A stretch of DNA of 64,000 nucleotides from Geosiphon pyriformis uo1 (lineage: Eukaryota; Fungi; Glomeromycota): assembly GCA_016748015.1 (NCBI GenBank), contig JAAOMT010000134.1:688757-752756 (forward strand), in the 5' to 3' direction. The notes beneath the pieces were generated by a model. That model was not told the DNA's origin and made no database searches. It was given only the letters and a program-made list of their open reading frames with translations. Position numbers and translations under genes: made by a program. Positions 32,420 through 45,840 of this stretch are shown here, one piece after another; the stretch's first letter is position 1, and every line of letters starts with the position of its first letter.

Positions 32420-35063
32420 TCAAACAAATCGAAGACAATCATCATCATTACCAATATTACCGCAACTCCATTAGTTCCAAAGACTTTCTCGATTATATAT
32501 GGGAATTTTGAGATATTTAATCTAGTATTTGATGCTGGTATAAAAAACCTAAATGGTTCTTGGCGAATTATAGTTACAACAGATTCACACGCTAGTCGAT
32601 GTGCTTACTTTTTTTGGTTTCAAGAGGTTACGATTGAAAAAAAGCATAATGTAGCTAGCCTTAAATCCTTTTTATTTTTTTAATAGATTTTTGGACAACT
32701 TGTTTTTTGGAAAGGGCTGAAATGAAACCGATGTTTCAATAATTTTTACCAAAAATTTTTGCAGGGACCAAAAAAGAAAATCACTGCTTAAAGTATCAAA
32801 AAACATTGATACAACAATAAAATGAATTCTGCAAAATTATTTTATTTGTTGTAATTTGTTAATCTGCTTTTGATTTGTTTTTAAACTTGGAAATAAATTT
32901 CAGGTTATTTTATTAATATTGTTTAAGTCTGAATTGTAACAATGTAATAAACCAAAATATCAATTACAATTAAAATATTTAACAAATTTAAAAAATAAAA
33001 AATAATTTTTGGGTTTTTGGGTTTTTCACTTATGCATATTAAGTTTTGTGAAAAAATATATCAATTCAAAACAGTTTACAAAATGCTTTATTAGTATTAA
33101 AAAAAATTCACCATTGTTTCCTCATTCAGTTAAAGACTTACTACAAAATAGGACAGCATCTAAATTCAGTCATAAATTTATAGAACTTTCGAAATTTAAT
33201 TTAGGATCCTGCAATAAAAACACAAATTTTAATGGTAAATTGGGAATACCTAAAATTTAGAGTTAATTCTTGTATAACAACAACTATAAAAAATAAAGTT
33301 TTGATTATGTTCTTTTGTTGCAGAAATTATTTCGAAAAATTTATTGACAACATTATAATGCTCAATATTGTTGGAATTACTATGAAGGGAGTGAAGAGAC
33401 ATAGATAGTTTGTATAATCCTACTTATATTGCAAATAAATTCAATAAATTCCTTAGCTAGTTTCGCTCCAGATGCTGTTGCTAAATCTTCCCGTCTTGTA
33501 TTTCCAAAAAGAGTTACGCAAACTTGAATTTACAGACAACATTATTGAGGCAACAAAAATACCTCACATCACTTAGGAATCGAAGAAATGTGACGCGAAA
33601 TTTGCGAAGCTAAATGATTAATTTGTCCTAATCATTTCTCTTTCAAATAAGACTTCAAAATTGTGATATCTACTCTCAGCATTAATCATTATGAGCCAAA
33701 TTCTGAAAATGGTATAACCCTACTTATTCTTGGTACTGTACTGATTATGCGAAAAATAAAAATGAAATAAATGACTGCGTCCATTTCTCAATAAAGAAAA
33801 TTTCAGAGCGCGCAAGAGGATTAGTTATCTGAATCCAAGATGCAATATAAAATAGGTTCACATTTCTACTAAAAAATAAAGATGGTCATCCTGATGTTAA
33901 TCCGCTTAATCAATTCTTAGATTATTACAAAATTACCTCAAGTTATTTGGGAAAAATAGGTGCTTATCAAACCTCTAGAATACATGGAGGATCGAAAATG
34001 ATTCTCGTCGCCAGACTCTTCGAGATTTAGCAACCAGACTAAGAAAGGTCGTGAATCTTCAGTACAGCATTAAGGTATAATGAAGCTCAGATTGCAAGAA
34101 ATAGATTCGATGTTAGCTACACCTAATGGAAGATGTGAAGCATTGAGGTCCAGAAATAATGTCTATTTCCTAAATTTTTCAATGTTAATCCATTTTCAGA
34201 TTCACGTGGATGTCTGTTAGATTTTTTATGTTAATTAAATTTAATTATTCAATAAATTTAACCAAATCTGAGTAAATATTAAATTTAGCTTTTTATAGTT
34301 TTTCAAGTGAAACTAGCTTTGCATGACAATATATTTTCCATTTCACATAATATTATAGGAAGGACTTGATAATAAAATTAGGTTGATAGTTTGATCAAAC
34401 TATTATTTATGATATATTTTTGAATATCATGCCAAATGAAGCCGTCATCACCAGGTGCAGACCTACAACAAAGAATATCCCAGAACCATACTAGCAGTCA
34501 AGGATAAATTCATGTATCTTATTCACCACAGGGCCCGGGACCATACCTCCAGCTAAATTCGGTTGGTGTAGAGAAGGACGCTCACAGTACGCCGTCCACC
34601 ATACGCTAGATCTGCAAACTGTGGCCACGAAGAGCTTCCGTTCTTCTAGTGGCATAACTTCTCGTGATAATCACATTCTTCGATCACGTGTAATGTGAAA
34701 AATATATTGGGTGTAGGGTATCTGATATGAACTAACACCAATAGCGAATATGCTATCGTTGATTAGGAAATATATATATTGGGCTATTACACAAACTAAT
34801 ATTAACAATAAAAACTAACAGACTAAAATGAGAAAATGAAGTATGCTTTTCGTGTTCAACACCTATTTACTAAATAACGGAAAGATTATATAACAAATGA
34901 AGAATGAGAGACCGTAGGTCATAAACGTAAGGAAGGCACGAGTAAACAAAAGGCCAACTCAATTAAAATATTTAAAAGGGTTCTAAATATAAGGATATAA
35001 GAAAATATATACAATGAAAGCAGCAGGTATAATCCAACATTAAAAAGTTCAAAACTGTTTCGT

Positions 35064-37302
35064 TTAAATCCAAGAAGATTCGTAAATATTTTTCTGTGCA
35101 ATAGTTAACTCTGGTTTGGTTGGATTTGAAAAGCTTTTTGGTGGAACCTCAATGACAGAGGTTATTTCAGGGAGATAGAGGGATTCATATTCACGAAGGT
35201 TAGCCTCTGCCACTAGCCGGGATTTGCGCAAAACGTTCACCTCAAAACTAAGATTATTCTCAAAAGTGGAGTCAGTATCATCTGGAGGACACTCAGAATC
35301 TTCCTCCTCTTCATAATCATCATAGATTTGTTCCGGCTGGTATACTTGGGATCCTCCCTCATCGACATCTAATTTTACAGTTTCTGCTCGGCCAAATTCT
35401 TTTTGAAGATTTTGGACAAACATCAAAAATTTTTCCTCCGCTTCTCGAGCTGCATTGAGTTTTGCTTGAATAGAAGCCTTTTTTATTTCCTCCTTGGCTG
35501 CCAACTTTTTTGCAGCGGAAGCTGCATTTTTTGCTTCCAATTCAGCGATCTTTGCTTTAACTGTATTGGGTGTTTCTTTTACAAGGTAAGTTTTATCTTT
35601 GTTTTCAAGTATTTGGCCTGGAAATATTTCAGCCGCCTCGGGTTCCCTTTTCTCGGCGGATGCGGGAGCTGGTTTTCCTTTGACGAGAATGGTTTTATTC
35701 TCGATAATGGCTTTTTTTGGTACCAAGGGGGGTGACAGTAATTGAGTTATTGTTTGGTGTTCTTGTTCATCTTCTTGAGAAGACTGCAATACTTCAGCAA
35801 TTGGAGATAGTGCAATACGGAAAGGTGCTATTGACATTATCTCATTAGTGGGACTATTTGACTCGGGAACTTCATCCAGAGCAAGCGAAGACACTGGACT
35901 GTCCACCAAAGCCATTCTTTCGTCATCGAGAAATGACGAACTAACGCTTTGGTTGCTGCTGTTCGAAATTCCGGCATCAATTTTCGGAGCGGCAGTTTCA
36001 CGGAATTTCAGCTTTTCATTATAGATCGCTACATCACCACCACCCGGAGTATATTGAATATTGTCGAGCGAACCGACGCGTGCCTTTACATTCTTAAATG
36101 TAATTTTGTCCGAAAAAATTTGAATATTACCCCCCTGTGGGACGTAGTTAATATTTTCCAAAGATCCGATTCGAGACTGAACCGATGAGAAATTAGGCTT
36201 TTTAGAGAAAACTTTGACCTCCCCGCCTTTAGGGGGCAGTGTATCGAGTGAGCCTTCTTTAGACGCTAAAGATAAGCACAAGAAAAACTCGTTAAGACAA
36301 AATTACTACTATTAAAGACTAATTATTTATTATAATCTCCACCTTTTGGGGTGTGCTTGATATTATCTAATGATCCAACACGTGACTTGACTTTCGAGAA
36401 ATCTGGTTTGGCTGAAAAGATCTTTTTTTCACCACCAACTTTAGGTGTGTATTTAATATTATCCAAAGATCCGATACGGGGTCTTACATGGGAAACATCA
36501 ATTTTTTGATCAGCTGGTATGTGAGGTAATTTAACTGATGCGGAAGTCGAGATTAAATCTGGCTGAGATGCACGTCGTTTTGAGGGTTTTTGAGTTTCAG
36601 TACTTGATTGAACTGATCTATTGATCCGCGACGGAGTACTTTTTGTTGATCGATTTGATTTTAGTGTAGACAGTTTGGCTTGTGTGGATCCTACATTTGC
36701 GGTTGCTACCAGTGTTCCTTTAGAGGTGGGTGGAAGAACAGGGTTAGAAGCCTTTGGAATGGTTGAAGATTTTTTCAGGATAGTTGACGGAATAGGTTTT
36801 GTAGGAGTCCAAAGGTTCTTCAGAGTATTTAAGTTGTGACCAGTTTTTATAGGTGTTAAAGGAGTTTTTAAAGTGTTTGAAACGGACTTAGAAGGGCTTG
36901 AAGCATTCTTTCCAGGTGTTTTTGTGGGAGTAACAGTATTATTACTATTACCGGGTGACGTATTTGGGGTTGTTGGCAGGGAGTTGACTGGTGTCTGAAT
37001 ACCTTTTTTTCCACTACCTAAAGAATTTTAACAGTGTAAAATAGAAGAAACCGTGACTTCCTTCTTCATGATAACGCTTGCCAAAAAATTTTATTACCAT
37101 TCAATGTAACTTGTGTAGGCTTAGTAGCAGTATTTGCCGTCACGTTATTTAACGCCGATAATATTTGGGTTTTATCTTCAAAGATAGTGTTATTCTTTGC
37201 AACAGTAGTTCTTGGAACAGATTTCATCGAACTAACAGTATTGGGGCCACCACCACTAACTTTCAATGCGACCACATTTGCTTTTTGTTGCAAAGTTGTC
37301 AT
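35064..37302 (-). CDS. Tau/MAP2/MAP4-like microtubule-binding-repeat protein, ~693 aa, 3 exons (37302-37098, 37017-36343, 36265-35064)
   Basis: Four repeats (VRPRIGSLDNIKYTPKVGG, VKSRVGSLDNIKHTPK, VQSRIGSLENINYVPQGG, VKARVGSLDNIQYTPGGG) followed by EKLKFRETAAPKIDAG. Exon phases add up to an open frame. Confidence 0.88.
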
Positions 37303-38127
37303 ATTTCTCACGAACGCGTTCACAATAGACCTTACAAAGTAATATATTTTTGCGAGCTAGGTTCTGGTACGGTTTATCGAAAGCAGGACTAGGTTATCGT
37401 CAAAAAATAAAATAAAATAACGAATCAAAATTATTTTTAAAGGTTTAGGCGTTTAAACTTGACTTTGGATAGTTAGTAAGTGTGCAAATAAAAAAACATA
37501 GGAATTTACTGAACACTAAAAGGGGTGTTTGAAAAATAAACTTAGGGACCAGAGGTTTTACACCGGTTTTTATCTGGAAACTTTTTGTTTATGAACTAGA
37601 AAACAAAGGGACTCAAAATATTTGTAAATAATCCCTATCTCTCACACAGTAGTAGCCTAGCTTCCTTAGAGAAAAAGAAAAGAATTAAGGTCAAAAAAAT
37701 AATGTAAGCTTTAAAAAACGGGGTGAGCCAAATGAGAACTGTGTAAAAGATAAAAATTAAAGCGCGTTACACTGCTCAGTGAACTTTTTTGCAAGAAAAA
37801 GTTTTGTGACGCTGTCAAAAACGATAGATACAAATACGAACGTTTTGCAATGTCCATGTGGGGAACTGTGCGTACATTATCCTCAGCAACTGTACGATGA
37901 TGTATGGTTGACTGGTTTATTAATTTGTGTCACACAATAATTCCAAGTTTCGCGGTGCGTAACAAACAATCATTGAGTAACCCAAAAAGCACTTTTAAAA
38001 AAGTCCTTTTAGGTCAAGATCCAAAATTCTAATATTATTTGATACTTTGATTTTTCTATGTAGATTTACAAAAATTTTTCTAAAATAAGATTTTGGAGCC
38101 AATTATAATCGAAATTCTGTTAACTGG

Positions 38128-39981
38128 TTATTGGATTTTTTCAGGGTATTCCGGTGTAATCTCGTGCAATATTGGATCACCCATTCTTGCTATTAACCTC
38201 GTCATATTATCATCTCCTGAACGTGTCGGAACTTTTTCCATTCTAGCATGAGGAAGATAGGCTGGGAAGTTGACAACGAGATAATTGATCTGATAAAGAT
38301 TTTAAAATGTGAATTTCATTTTAGCGAATGGGTGCAATAGGTTTTTTGGGTTGATTTGAAAACTTACTAATTTTTCCCGCATTAAAACTTTAAGTTTATT
38401 TCCATCTTTCAAATTATTTGCCTATAGAAAATGAAACTTTATTAGACAAAAAAAAATTATTTTTTTCTTGGACATAAATTCATTGGATATTCTTTACCGT
38501 CATTTTTGCCCGAAGTTGCAATGCATTTTCCTTTGCTTCAAAAATCTTTAAAAGATTGCGTGATTTATGAGTATACTTATTTGTGCTAGGAAAATTTTTG
38601 CTTTAAACCACTTACATCAAGGCTTGCGTTTCTGTGGTCCCATTGTTCTGATTTTTGCAAATCTTCCATAAACTGTTTTCGCAAATCTTCTAGAGGGATG
38701 CCATAATCAACGTAAATGTCAAAGCTAGCAGTTATGGCGCCTCCATTACGCGTTAAATTTTCGAAGGTTCCTCCGATTACACGAGATAAGGGAATAATCA
38801 TGTTTCTTTCGTCAGATGTTTTTAATACAATGTATTGTGCCTGGATTTCCTCTAATTTCAAAGACCAAATGAAAAATTAGATTAATCTCTTTCAATGAAA
38901 CATCAAAGAATATAGAAACTTACGAACAGTTCCTTGCTCCCCATCAAACTTAACAATATCCTCAAGCAACAAAGGTTGCGTCAATGCGATTTGTAATGAT
39001 GCTACTAAATTCTATGTTGACATATATTCGGAAATTAATAAAGATGATTTTTCAAGTTAATGATTTTCAAGTTGAAATTATTTATACCTCCATAGATGGT
39101 TTCGTTGCTAGACCCAGAAACAAGGAGGCTACACTGGCACTTGCCAATAAAGCGGTACCAAACTCTTTAGCATTGGGGAACGTAAAAATAATTCCAGATA
39201 CACCAAGAACAAATATTATTGCGTATAGGATTCTTGTCGTGACCACCAGTTGAGTAGAAAGTCTTTTGGATTGCATATCAGCTGTTTCTTTACTGAAACC
39301 GTCGTCACGTGATAAAGCGTGGGAACCTGCTTTTACAGCATTGATAGCACACCATGTTGAAGCAGCAATTAAGATTATTAAAAAAGCATGTTGGATCGGT
39401 TCCAAAATTGACGGATGTACGTTGGTAATGAATTGAAGGGTAAGAAGTATTGATCCCACGGGAAACAATATCAAAGTTGGTGCGTAACTTTGGGATGAAA
39501 AAAACCGAGGAAAGTTAAATTTCAATTCGTCATTGTTTATTAATTTCCAACAAAGCATAAATGGCCGCTTGAATTTTCTAACTTTTTTTGGTATGGATCA
39601 GTAACTTTCATGCATCCCAATAAAGAAAATGGTTTTCTAAGCTAACCCAAATTTCCTTAAAAGGCGGGGATGGTCGTTTTTTTTTTTGGATACTTACCAC
39701 AAATCTACAATTTCGTTGTCAAATTGAAAGGCCGACATTTTCGCAAACCGTCTATCAAATAAAAATATATTGTATTAATGACAGATCAGCCCAAGAGCTC
39801 TAATTCTCATAAAAACATACTTTAAGATTATATGAAGAATCGAGTGCACAATTATCGACCCAAAAGCGATACTTCCGATAATAAGTAACGGGAGTAAGTG
39901 ATTATTCTTTCCAAAGGCCAAGGCTTTGACATCATAGCCTGTATCATCAGTACTACTTTCACTCATTGTGGTATTGGACAT
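38128..39981 (-). CDS. Small-conductance mechanosensitive channel (MscS family, compact bacterial type), 8 exons
   Basis: GTALLASASVASLFLGLATKPSME|NLVASLQIALTQPLLLEDIVKFDGEQGTV|EIQAQYIVLKTSDERNMIIPLS..FENLTR..IYVDY..W..MREKLINYL..FPAYLP. Several N-terminal TM helices. Confidence 0.88.
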
Positions 39982-40442
39982 TGCTTGAGACTCTTGTTAG
40001 CACCAGCGTTATAGGGTAAAAGCAAATTGTTTTTTCTTTTGAGATGAGGTCTAGAGCTTCTAAGACTCGGATAGGTAGGTAATAAATATATAAGGATCAA
40101 GAGGGCCAACACAGCAAAGGAATTTGAAACATATTCATTTTTCCCGAGACTCCTTTGTTTGCTTTATAGCTCTCGAACAATGATAAACATAATAACCGAG
40201 CGATAAGTGCAACTACTTCAGTTTCCTATTGTAGTCTTGTTGATGCCCTTGCACGTTTAAAAATGGTGTAGCCATAGAAATTTCGATTGTACAGCGGTAG
40301 CAATTAAATTCATATAAATAGCCGCGATCACCCTTTTCTTTCTCACACCGCCTTTAGGTGCATATCAGTAACGAGAATTTTTTTTTTGTATAGCCCTTTC
40401 CTTTCTTTTCATACCTTCTCCACACTAAGAATTCTTGAAAAG

Positions 40443-41656
40443 ATGAGTTTATTCCAAACCCTCGAAGGTCTTGCTGGTGCCGCCATAAAGGCAAAACTGG
40501 GTGGTGGTGGACAGCAAGAAGACTCTGGTTCTGAAGAAGAAGGTATCGTGTTTTATCGAGAATAAGAAATATGCACTTGTTTATTCTTTACAAGCTCGGT
40601 GTTCTTGCGGAACTAAAACAAATTTTAGAAAACACCAAAAACATAATCGAGTAGGACCAATAACCCCTTTGTGTAGCGTTAAGATTAAATACAAAAAAAA
40701 AAAAGCCAAATTTTTTTGAATTTTTATTTGATGCATGTATTGATACATGCATCTTTCACTCTAATTTCATGTAGCCTCTCCGACTAGACCACCAGCAAAA
40801 CAAGGTTGACCTTTAAATTTTTTTACATTATATTGGTAATTTAAAAACTATCAATACGAATTGACTGAGAACTTTAATTTACTCATACAGGAAATCGCCC
40901 TTCAAATCTTGATGTATCCGATGCACATAAAATTGCTGCTGAGGATTCGGGTCATGATCCAGGTATTCATTTGATAAATAATTTTGAACTTTGTCTAGCA
41001 TTTCCTCATCATTAATGATAGAAAATTGGTTTCATAGAAATCTTTGAGAATGCTCTGAGCAAGGCTAAAAGCAAGGTCTCACGCCGGGATGAGGAGGACG
41101 ACGAGGAAGAGGAGGATGAAGAGAAATATGCTCAACTTCACAAAAAAGTATACAAGCAAAAAGCCAATGCTGAAGATGGTTCGGACGAGGAGGTCAGCTA
41201 TGAAATTATTTGAAATTCAAATTTATTCGCTTTGCACGCTGTATTGACAATTTCACTCACCTTATAATATACATGACAGGAGACTCCCAGCTCATCTGGT
41301 CTCGGTAGTGCTGCTGCTATGCAAGCCTTTAAGATGTTAAAAGGTGGTAAGGGCGATGGTGAGGGTGGCAGTGGTCTCCAATCTCAACTTGTTGGAGTTG
41401 CTATGAGTGAAGCCGCGAAATTGTGGGAAGGCAAGTATCCTTATTAAAATCCTAGATGTTAAAAATTCAAGTTAATATAATTTTTTGAACACATTTATTT
41501 TTGAAATTAGCACGTGGTGGAAAAGGTGGTGGTAGTAAGGAGGATGCCGTTACTCAAGCAGCTACCATGGCCATGAAAATGCTGATTGCGAAAAAGGGAG
41601 GTGAAGGTGGTGGTTTGTCTAGCTTAGCTTCTCAATTTCTCTCTAAAAGGGAGTAA
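40443..41656 (+). CDS. Small Gly/acidic-rich conserved fungal protein ('beta-flanking protein'-like), 6 exons with one GC-AG intron; absent from the ORF track
   Basis: Spliced: MSLFQTLEGLAGAA..HKKVY..GLGSAAAMQAFKML..LVGVAMSEAAKLWE|ARGGKGGGSKEDAVTQAATMAMKML..GGLSSLASQFL. Confidence 0.8.
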
Positions 41657-41931
41657 AAAGCTGTTATATTGACTTTGGTAAACTGCCATTTTATATTAAA
41701 TACTAAATTTTGTAAAGGTTAAATCTTGGGCATTTGAAAGATCTCAAATTGTATATTTATAAAGTTTAAACCATATTTCCACTTGTCCATTTCTTTTTAT
41801 AATCATTTTCGCATCGTTTTATTCATATTTAATATGATTGTTGAAAGTATACCTAGATTCATTAGACTTTTTAAAAAAGGTGGTACAAAAAGTATTTTTC
41901 TAAAATGCTACCTCAAGCTTATCATTTGTGT

Positions 41932-43295
41932 TTAACACAATGGTTCAAAGTAAATATTCCACGCATACATATGAACACCTATATCAAACAAATTTTTGCG
42001 TGCAAGGCAGTTTTGATCTTCAACCAAATCAATGCCATTTAACTTGGAATCATCACAATGAAAAGTATGAGTGGTATTTTTTATCCAAATTTCATGTGAA
42101 TGATGCAAGAATCCCACATTTTTTGGAGGTAAATGAGGGACAAGATCATTGCGATTCGTAATTCTTTGAAAATACACCAGGTATGAAAGAATTTGTCAAG
42201 AAAAGATCACAAAATTTTGGAAAAATGGAAATTTTTAAAAGAAAACTTAAAAACCTTGTTACAACATGTTTCAAATCGCCCGAATTTTCGGGTGAAAATT
42301 CAGCGTAAATAAGGTTTGCAAAAATATCATTTCCAATACGAGGCTCTCCAATAGTTGTTACTTTGATATTAAAGGGTAATCCAAAAGACCGACCTTTCAG
42401 GATCGGGTTTAAAATGTATCGCTTTACATCTAATCCTAAAAATATCGATAAGGCACCACCCTATTTTCAAAAATTAACGCATTTTTTTGTTTATTTTTTT
42501 TTGAAAATATTTCAGCTAATGATGAAATACAAGCAGAATCAGAAAAGAATTTTAGTTTGGATTGAATGAATGACTTACCAGAGAATGACCACTAATTATG
42601 ACATCATAGCCGCCACATGAATTTTCTTCTCTATTTAGCATCCACTGAATTTTCCATAAAATCGATTCTCGAACACGTTCATAAACTTCATAGAATCCTC
42701 CGTGAATCCGTGCGCCTAAAATTTTTTGATTTAGAATTGAATATAGCAAAAAGATGAGCAAATAATAAAAATTTTGAAATTTTCCTTGCCTGGAACCTCA
42801 GGATAGTCATAATCAAGTTGCAAATATCGCAAGTTGTAAAACCAACCCGTCCAATCCCGAGTTCTAGATCAAAAAATTCAATATTTAAATACCGTTTTGA
42901 TATCATATATATATAAAGGACTGATTTTTAACATACCCGCGGAACCCGATAATAATAGCCTTTTCCGTTTTATCCACAGCAACATATCCAAAAGCTCCTT
43001 TAACTTGGTCATGAAATATTGACTCAACTGTCACGTTTCCAACACAATTACACCCACAAGACCATGCGGCCAAGTGAGACTTATAACAATAAGTAGCTGC
43101 CGCATAACGAGCCTGGTTTTTTAATGTTTCAAGTTCTTGCTCTGTGACTTGACTTTTCGGGTCTGTACGATTATTCAATCTAAACGTTAGAGACTCAACA
43201 TTCTCATTACTTTCAGTCTGATATTGGTCGAAATAAATGTTAAAAACATATATAAACAACACAGATAAAGGAACAGCCAACAATAGGCGTTTCAT
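41932..43295 (-). CDS. Secreted/anchored class 3 lipase, multi-exon
   Basis: N-terminal hydrophobic segment, YAAATYC, IIIGFRG, IHGGF, ISGHSLGGA nucleophile elbow, TIGEPRIGN, RITNRNDLVPHLPP, FLHHSHEIWI. Confidence 0.9.
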
Positions 43296-43599
43296 TACAA
43301 AGCTTGTGAAGTCAAAATTATTTGATTGGGGTGCAAAGCTGAAAAATTTTGCTTTATCTCGTATAAGCAAGTGATCGATCTATAGAAAATAGAGACAAAG
43401 TCTAGACACCAACTTCTGTACCAAGTATCAGTGAATGTGCCATAACAAAAAGAACCCCATGGGGTGAAATTGAATAGAAAACCTTGATCGCCTGTCAGAT
43501 ACAAAGTAATAGAAGATGCGAGTTGATTGGGAAATTTTAATGTGAAAAATTTTAGATTATCAAGCACTTTTTTTTTTATTTTTTTTTATTATTTTTGAA

Positions 43600-44780
43600 A
43601 TGTCGTCTCTACCAGAAACGTATGCACAACGTGTCCAAAACTTTGTTGGTAACGCTACAGCACAAGCTTTGCTACAAGTTATGGAACGTAAAAAGACGAA
43701 TTTATGTGTTTCTGTAGATTTAACACTTAAACAAGAAGTGTTGAGTGTCGTTGAAAAAGTGGGACCCTTTGTTTGTTTGATTAAAGTGAGTAAAGGAAAA
43801 AAACTGATTTTTTGATTGAAAGAATTTTATTTTTACTAGAAAAATCAATTAAAGAATTTGATTCGAACCAAACTTTTTTCCCGAGAAATTTCTTTTAATT
43901 AAAAAAATAATTTAATGAAAATTTTATATTTTGTTTTTTTCATGAACCACCACCAGACACACATCGATATAATCCAAGATTTTGATCAAGAGTTAATTGA
44001 AAAGCTTCAATCGCTTCAAGAACGCTTTGATTTTTTAATTTTCGAGGATCGAAAATTTGCTGATATCGGTGGGATCTCTACATTCTTCATTTTGTGCCAA
44101 TTTTGTTTCATCACCTAAAATGTCTCGGCTTCCGTTAACTAATTATATTTAAACTTGGAAATTATCCTCTAATTTTTTTGAATTTACTGATAACTTTTGG
44201 ATTTTAACGGGGGTGGCTATGCATCTCACGGTCTAATAACTTATCAGGCAATACAGTGAAATTGCAATATTCCTCGGGAATATACAAAATTGCCGAATGG
44301 GCTCACATTACAAATGCTCACCCGATACCCGGGGATGGAATTATTTCTGGTTTAAAAGAAATTGGAAAACCACTTGGTCGTGGACTATTAATTTTGGCTG
44401 AAATGTCATCAGCTGGAAATTTGGCTACCAGCTCATATACCGATGCAGCAGTGGCGATGGCACGGAGAAATCGAGATTTTGTGATTGGATTCATTTCAAT
44501 GAGAAAGTTGATTGTTAATTGTAAAAGTGGAGAAACAGATGAAGAAAAGGAAACAGGGAAAGAAGATTTTATTTATATGACGCCCGGAGTTGGATTGAAT
44601 GAATTTGGCGATAAATTGGGACAACGATATCGAACTCCACGTGAAGTTATATTGAATTGTCAGAGTGATATAATAATTGTTGGGAGAGGAATTTATGCAT
44701 CAGGACGGGATGTAGCTGCTGAAGCAAAACTTTATAAAGAAGCAGGCTGGAACGCATATTTAGAAAGATTACAGCTTTAA
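43600..44780 (+). CDS. URA3: Orotidine-5'-phosphate decarboxylase, 3 exons
   Basis: [13 protein letters not shown]|[46 protein letters not shown]. Confidence 0.97.
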
Positions 44781-45007
44781 TTTATGAAATTTTAAAAAGA
44801 AATTATTTATTATTAATAAGTTTTAATAATATTAAATGATTTTTTTAATATATATATATATATATATATATTTATTTTATTTTAAGACAGTTTTTTATGT
44901 TTAAGAATATATATATTTTTTTTTCTATAAATTTCCAAATCTTTTAAAAAATATATATGGTTGAAAATTTTAACATATATTTTGACATTTATTATTTTCA
45001 ATTTTAA

Positions 45008-45041
<34 letters not shown>

Positions 45042-45398
45042 TTATCAGTGTTTATTTATTAGTATTTTTATTATTTTTATTTTTATTATTATTTTTTATC
45101 AGTGTTTATTTATTAGTATTTATTTATTTAAAAAAATCAATAAATTAAGATAATATATATATTAAAAAAAATATATATTTATTTAAATACTTGTGATATA
45201 CATATTTTTTTTAGGTTAACAAATATGATTTTATTTGTTTATTTGATATTTATGTATATTTTATTATATGAATTTTATATTCTTAAAAATAAATAATAAA
45301 TAATAAATAATAATATAATAATATAATAATTAATAATATAATATAATATAATCAAGTTTTTTTTATTTTTATTAATGTATAATAAATTATAAATTATA

Positions 45399-45486
<88 letters not shown>

Positions 45487-45495
45487 TAAATAATA

Positions 45496-45543
<48 letters not shown>

Positions 45544-45797
45544 AAGATTTATTAGATTTTATGATAATAAATAAAGAAAGAAAGAAAATAAAATAAAATT
45601 GTGATTCATGTTTTTTATTTTCAAAAAATAAATAAATAAATAAGATAATTAAAGATCAAAAAATCCAAATTTTAAAAAAAAAGATTTATTACAAAGATTA
45701 AAATATGTATGTAACAAAAAATATATATAATAAAAAATATATGTTATTGATATGAAATGTAAAATGACAAAAAAAAAAAAGTAAAATTCTCATATTT

Positions 45798-45840
<43 letters not shown>

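Noticed and set aside
40730-40753. 11-bp hairpin GATGCATGTAT-TG-ATACATGCATC in an intron
   Set aside because: An isolated short palindrome with no supporting RNA-gene or TE features.
40443-41656. Mating-type locus suggested by the beta-flanking-like gene
   Set aside because: No homeodomain, HMG or MIP gene is visible nearby; the neighbours are MscS and a lipase.
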